Source: Gemmatimonadales bacterium
Lineage (GTDB): Bacteria > Gemmatimonadota > Gemmatimonadetes > Gemmatimonadales > GWC2-71-9
DNA length: 30,502 bases
Direction of reading: 5' to 3'
Assembly: GCA_050732975.1 (NCBI GenBank)
Contig: JBOHRZ010000001.1
Location: 1-30,502 of the forward strand
Shown here piece after piece: positions 26,554 to 30,502 of the stretch. The notes beneath the pieces are model-generated. The model had not been told where the DNA came from. It ran no database searches and saw only the letters and a program-made list of their open reading frames with translations. A program made the translations under genes and the position numbers. The first letter of the stretch is position 1. Each line of letters begins with the position of its first letter.

Positions 26554-28749
26554 CTATTCGGTGCGCTGCGCCAGTGCCGCCCCTTGCCGACGCGGCCGCC
26601 GGTGAACGTCGCGCCGCCTCCGCTTGGGATCAGGCCCACGCCCGCGCGCCAGCGTCGGAAACACCAGCAACGCGCTCGCGGTGGCGGTCAGTGACCCCGC
26701 AATGACGAAGCACCCGAAGCGCTGCGTCGGCGGGAAGCTCGACAGCAGGAAGACACCGAAGCCGCAACAGATGATCAGCAGCGAGGTCCCGATCGGACGC
26801 CACAGTTCGCGCGTCGCCTCCGACCAGGCCGCTCCCGAATCGCCGTTCCGGCGTCGCGACAGCGCGCGCATCGTGAGATAGATCATTGCGTCGACCCCCA
26901 TCCCCAGGTCGAGGTTCGCAGCCGACGCCGTGACGAAGTCGAGCGGCACCCCGAGCCACGCAATGGTTCCGCGGATGATCACCGGGATGGTCACCAGGCT
27001 CACCAGCAGCGCCGCGGCGACCCGCCACGAGCGGGAGAACACCAGCCCCATGACCGAGAAGATCCCGAGCAGCAGCAGCACACCGGTGACGATGCTGGTC
27101 GTCAGCAGCGCCGACATCCGGCTCTGCAGGTTGTAGAGTCCCCCGACCGACACGGTGCGAAATCCGTCGCGTGCAGCCTTGCCGATCAGCCGGTTGATGA
27201 TGGCGCGCCGCGGCGCCTTGCGCGTGCTCTCCCGCATCCGGAGAAAGAACAGCGCCTCGGTGCGGTCCCCGTTGATGAACTGCCGGCCGACACTGCCGTG
27301 CTTCGGGCTGTCGAGAATGTGGATCAGATGTTCGGTGGATGCCAGGAACGCGAACGGCGCCCGGTGGGCCTCGGCCAGGATCGGTGCCAGCGACATGACG
27401 CTGCCGACCGACGGATCGGCTTCCAGCGTCTGCTGCAGCGCCTTCAGGCGCTCATAACCCTCGTGATGATTGAGCGGCGCGCCGTCTCGCTCCCGGACCA
27501 CGAGCTTGAGCGGCGTGCTGCCGCCGGCACGGTCGACGCGCTCGAGTCCGGTGCGGATCGGACCTCCGGCGTGGAAGTATTGGGGCAACGGCGGGTCGGT
27601 ATCCAGTCGCGGCAATCCGGCCGCCGCCGCGACGGTCACCACCGCAATCAGCGCCGCGAGCGCCGGATGGCGGCGTGCGAAGAACCGGTCCCAGCGCGGC
27701 GAGCGCATGCGGAGCGGACTGCCGCCCTCCGGTCGGCGCGCCAGCGCCAGAAACGACGGATGGACGAGGTAGGCGCTTGCCAGCGCCAGTGCCGCCCCGA
27801 TCGCGCCCGTCATGCCGAGATTCCGCATCGGCGTCGAGGCGACGAGGAGCAGCGACGCGAAGCCCAGGGTCATGCACACCGAACTCCAGAACGAGGGCGT
27901 GATGGTCCGCCGGATCGCTGCTCGCACAGCATCGCGGCCCTCGGCGATGTTCTCCGGCGCCGTGGCCGTCCAGTTGAATGTCAGGAAGACGATCGGCGAC
28001 AGCGTCATCACGAAGACCATGGTCGACAGATTGGCGGTGAGCGGCCCGATCGGGATGTGGAGCAGATGGGCGGCGGCCAGTGTCGTGGCGCTCGCGTCGA
28101 AGCAGGCCAGCAATGCCCCCGCGACCACGAGAAGCCGGCGGAAGATCGCGAAGAGCACCAGCCCGAACACCAGAGCGGCGGCGAGGCTGAACACGCGGAG
28201 ATCATGCTCGAGGTTGCGGCTGATCAACTCCGTGATGTACGGCCCACCGGACACAGCGAGCCGGAATCCCGGGCGATCGAACCGCTGCTGGATTGCCTGG
28301 AGTCGGTCGACCATCGGGGCCGTTGGTGCCCGTGGATTGGTGCCCATCACCAGGTAGCTGCCGCGTTCGTCGCCGGTAATCAGCAGCCGGCGCCAGAGTG
28401 GGCTCTCGAGCGCGTCGTCGACGTCCTTGGGGCCCTCCGCCAGCGATTCGACCGAGGTGACGCCGGGAACCAGGTGCAACGCTGCCGTCAACTCACCGAT
28501 GTCACGAACGTAGCTCGGCGAGCGGAGGTCGCCGCTGGCAAGCACGATCAGTAGTGGCGTGTCGGGGAACGTCCGCACGATCGCGCTGTCGGCGCGAAGC
28601 GCGCGATCATGCGAGGAGAAGAAGAACGCCTCGTCGACCCGGGGCTTGAGATCCACGCCCGCGAGGAACACCAGCGCGACGATCGCACTGCCGATGATCG
28701 TGATGATCAGCCGCACCATTCCCGCGGGGGGACGAAGCCGGGGCGTCAC
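26554..28749 (-). CDS. MMPL/RND-family transporter
   Basis: Two repeats of 1 TM + periplasmic domain + 5 TM; LGMGVDAMIY; GFGVFLLSSFPPTQRFG; start GTG 28749 or ATG 28719. Confidence 0.87.
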   Translation of the reverse strand: MTPRLRPPAGMVRLIITIIGSAIVALVFLAGVDLKPRVDEAFFFSSHDRALRADSAIVRTFPDTPLLIVLASGDLRSPSYVRDIGELTAALHLVPGVTSVESLAEGPKDVDDALESPLWRRLLITGDERGSYLVMGTNPRAPTAPMVDRLQAIQQRFDRPGFRLAVSGGPYITELISRNLEHDLRVFSLAAALVFGLVLFAIFRRLLVVAGALLACFDASATTLAAAHLLHIPIGPLTANLSTMVFVMTLSPIVFLTFNWTATAPENIAEGRDAVRAAIRRTITPSFWSSVCMTLGFASLLLVASTPMRNLGMTGAIGAALALASAYLVHPSFLALARRPEGGSPLRMRSPRWDRFFARRHPALAALIAVVTVAAAAGLPRLDTDPPLPQYFHAGGPIRTGLERVDRAGGSTPLKLVVRERDGAPLNHHEGYERLKALQQTLEADPSVGSVMSLAPILAEAHRAPFAFLASTEHLIHILDSPKHGSVGRQFINGDRTEALFFLRMRESTRKAPRRAIINRLIGKAARDGFRTVSVGGLYNLQSRMSALLTTSIVTGVLLLLGIFSVMGLVFSRSWRVAAALLVSLVTIPVIIRGTIAWLGVPLDFVTASAANLDLGMGVDAMIYLTMRALSRRRNGDSGAAWSEATRELWRPIGTSLLIICCGFGVFLLSSFPPTQRFGCFVIAGSLTATASALLVFPTLARGRGPDPKRRRRDVHRRPRRQGAALAQRTE

Positions 28750-28984
28750 GTGGCTAGCTCCGGCGGAGCGGTTCGAAGCTGCACGAATCGACGGTCATGG
28801 TTCCGGCCTCCGGCATCGCCGCCCCCTGTGCTGTCATGGGGCGGGACGTGCCATGATCGGGCGCTGGCACACGCGGCGGCCTGCCGCGCAGCCGGCGTCC
28901 CACTTCTCACTTCTAACTTTCCCCTGCCGGCAACCATCCTCCGCTTTGCGGCGTCGAACCATCGTCTCGTTCAGGATCCCGGTC

Positions 28985-30502
28985 ATGGCCTTCTTCTCGT
29001 TGAGCGACATTCGCCACGCCTGGCGCGGCATCGTCCGCTCGCCCGCAGTGTCCTTCTGTGCCGTGGCCTGCCTCGCGCTGGGTCTCGGCGCCACCACGGC
29101 TGTGTCCAGCGCCATCGATCGCGCCATGCTCCAGCCGCCGCCGTTCAAGGATCCGGCCGGGCTGGTGCAGGTCTACCGAACCGCGCCGCAGAGCAACGAC
29201 TGGCCGATGTCGGCTGCCAACTTCGAGGACCTCGCCCGCGGCGCGACGCAGCTCTCGTCGATGATCGCGATCGCGTATAACTCGCCCCTGGTGTCGCTTC
29301 CCGGTCAGGCGCTGCAAGTGACCGGTCTGCGGGTGACCGGCGAATTCTTCCCGATGCTCGGCGTCTCCGCCGAGCACGGGCGCCTCCTCACGCCCACGGA
29401 TGACGATCCGTCGCAGCCCGCCGTTGCGGTGATGAGCGACGAGTTCTGGCGCCGGCGGTTCGGCGCTGATCCCGGCGTCGTCGGACGGGCTCTTCGCATC
29501 GACGGCCGCGAGGTCACCATCGTCGGGATCGCGCCGCGCGGGCTCCGGATTCCCCGCGATGGCCAGGTGCTGGAGTCTTCGCTCTGGCTGCCGATGCGCT
29601 TCACCCCGCAGGAACTCGCCAATCGCGGCTCCAACTGGTTGATGATCATGGGTCGTCTCGCTCCCCATGCAACGGCGGCGAGTGCCACCGCTCAGTTGAA
29701 TCAGCTCCACGCCGGACTCGCCGCGCGCTTCAGCTACATGCAGGGCGAGGGCGTCCACGTCGTTTCGATGCAGGCCGAAGCGGTGCAGGCCGTCGCGCAG
29801 CCGCTGTTCCTCATGTTCGGCGCGGTGTTCGTGGTACTGCTGATTTCGGCCACCGACGTGGCGAGCCTGTTTCTCGCCCGCGGCGTGCGGCGCGACCGCG
29901 AAACGGCGGTTCGCCTGGCGCTGGGCGCAGGGCGCTGGGCTGTGATGCGCCCGATGCTGCTCGAGAGTCTCCTCCTCGCGGCGATCGGCGTGACCGCCGG
30001 CATCGGGCTCGCCTGGGTCGGAGTGCGCACCATCGGCACGCTGGCCTCGCAGAGTCTTCCTCAGCTGGTCGGCCTCGGCATCGACTTCCGGGTGGTCGGC
30101 TTCGCGCTGTTGATCGCCGCGATCGTGGCCGCGGCGTGCGGCGCGTGGCCGGCGTGGCGCAGCTCGGCGACCGATCCGCAGGATGCATTGCGCGGTGGGC
30201 GCGGCGGCGGGATGAGTCGCGGGCATCATCGGGCGCTTTCGGTGCTGGTCGTCACGGAGGTGGCGCTCTCGATGGTGCTGCTGGTCGGCGCAGGCCTGGT
30301 GCTCAAGGGGTTCGCGCGTCTCGCCGGCAGCGACCCGGGGTTCGACGCGGCGCCGGTGCTGACGTTCAACGTGACAGTGTCGCCGCAGGCATATCCCGAC
30401 AACAGCAGCGTGCATCGTTTCCTGACACCGGCGGTTGCCGCCATCGCCGCCGTCCCCCAGGTCGCCGCGGTCGGGACCATCCAGGCGCTGCCGTACCGGA
30501 AC
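28985..30502 (+). CDS. Duplicated orphan ABC permease (ADOP/MacB-like), runs off the right edge
   Basis: Not in the ORF track; by hand: MAFFSLSDIRHAWRGIVRSP...LALGLGATTAV...FWRRRFGADPGVVG...RETAVRLALGAGR...LVVTEVALSMVLLVGAGL...DPGFD. Confidence 0.93.
   Translation, partial: MAFFSLSDIRHAWRGIVRSPAVSFCAVACLALGLGATTAVSSAIDRAMLQPPPFKDPAGLVQVYRTAPQSNDWPMSAANFEDLARGATQLSSMIAIAYNSPLVSLPGQALQVTGLRVTGEFFPMLGVSAEHGRLLTPTDDDPSQPAVAVMSDEFWRRRFGADPGVVGRALRIDGREVTIVGIAPRGLRIPRDGQVLESSLWLPMRFTPQELANRGSNWLMIMGRLAPHATAASATAQLNQLHAGLAARFSYMQGEGVHVVSMQAEAVQAVAQPLFLMFGAVFVVLLISATDVASLFLARGVRRDRETAVRLALGAGRWAVMRPMLLESLLLAAIGVTAGIGLAWVGVRTIGTLASQSLPQLVGLGIDFRVVGFALLIAAIVAAACGAWPAWRSSATDPQDALRGGRGGGMSRGHHRALSVLVVTEVALSMVLLVGAGLVLKGFARLAGSDPGFDAAPVLTFNVTVSPQAYPDNSSVHRFLTPAVAAIAAVPQVAAVGTIQALPYRN

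Noticed and set aside
28901..28921. CACTTCT-CACTTCT-AACTTTC degenerate heptamer repeat
   Set aside because: Only two perfect copies; too short to call.

Overview
High-GC bacterial window with no rRNA, tRNA, CRISPR array or mobile element that I can support. Gene content (two Hanks-type Ser/Thr kinases with TolB-like C-terminal regions, a duplicated orphan ABC permease, GGR-repeat secreted enzymes, simple-repeat intergenics) suggests Gemmatimonadota or a similar lineage (inference). About 19 conventional CDSs: partial kinase, secreted PHM-like copper protein, lipoprotein, MacB-like permease, ankyrin protein, amidohydrolase, M1 peptidase, OmpA-family protein, HAMP-GGDEF, formate/nitrite-transporter family protein, M16 peptidase pair, second kinase, lipase-maturation-factor homologue, FAD oxidoreductase, S15 Xaa-Pro dipeptidyl-peptidase, FabH, MMPL/RND transporter and a partial ADOP-type permease. 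The best signals lie below the ORF track: (1) two tandem paralogous ~30-aa peptides with lasso/RRE-type leader motifs at 6335-6576; (2) a compact promoter/perfect-SD/sORF/structured-RNA unit at ~11562-11794; (3) an in-frame TGA followed by a hairpin inside the M16 catalytic subunit gene; (4) a ~120-nt structured leader before the ankyrin gene; (5) simple repeat arrays abutting stop codons. All product calls come from motifs recognised by eye; no searches were run.
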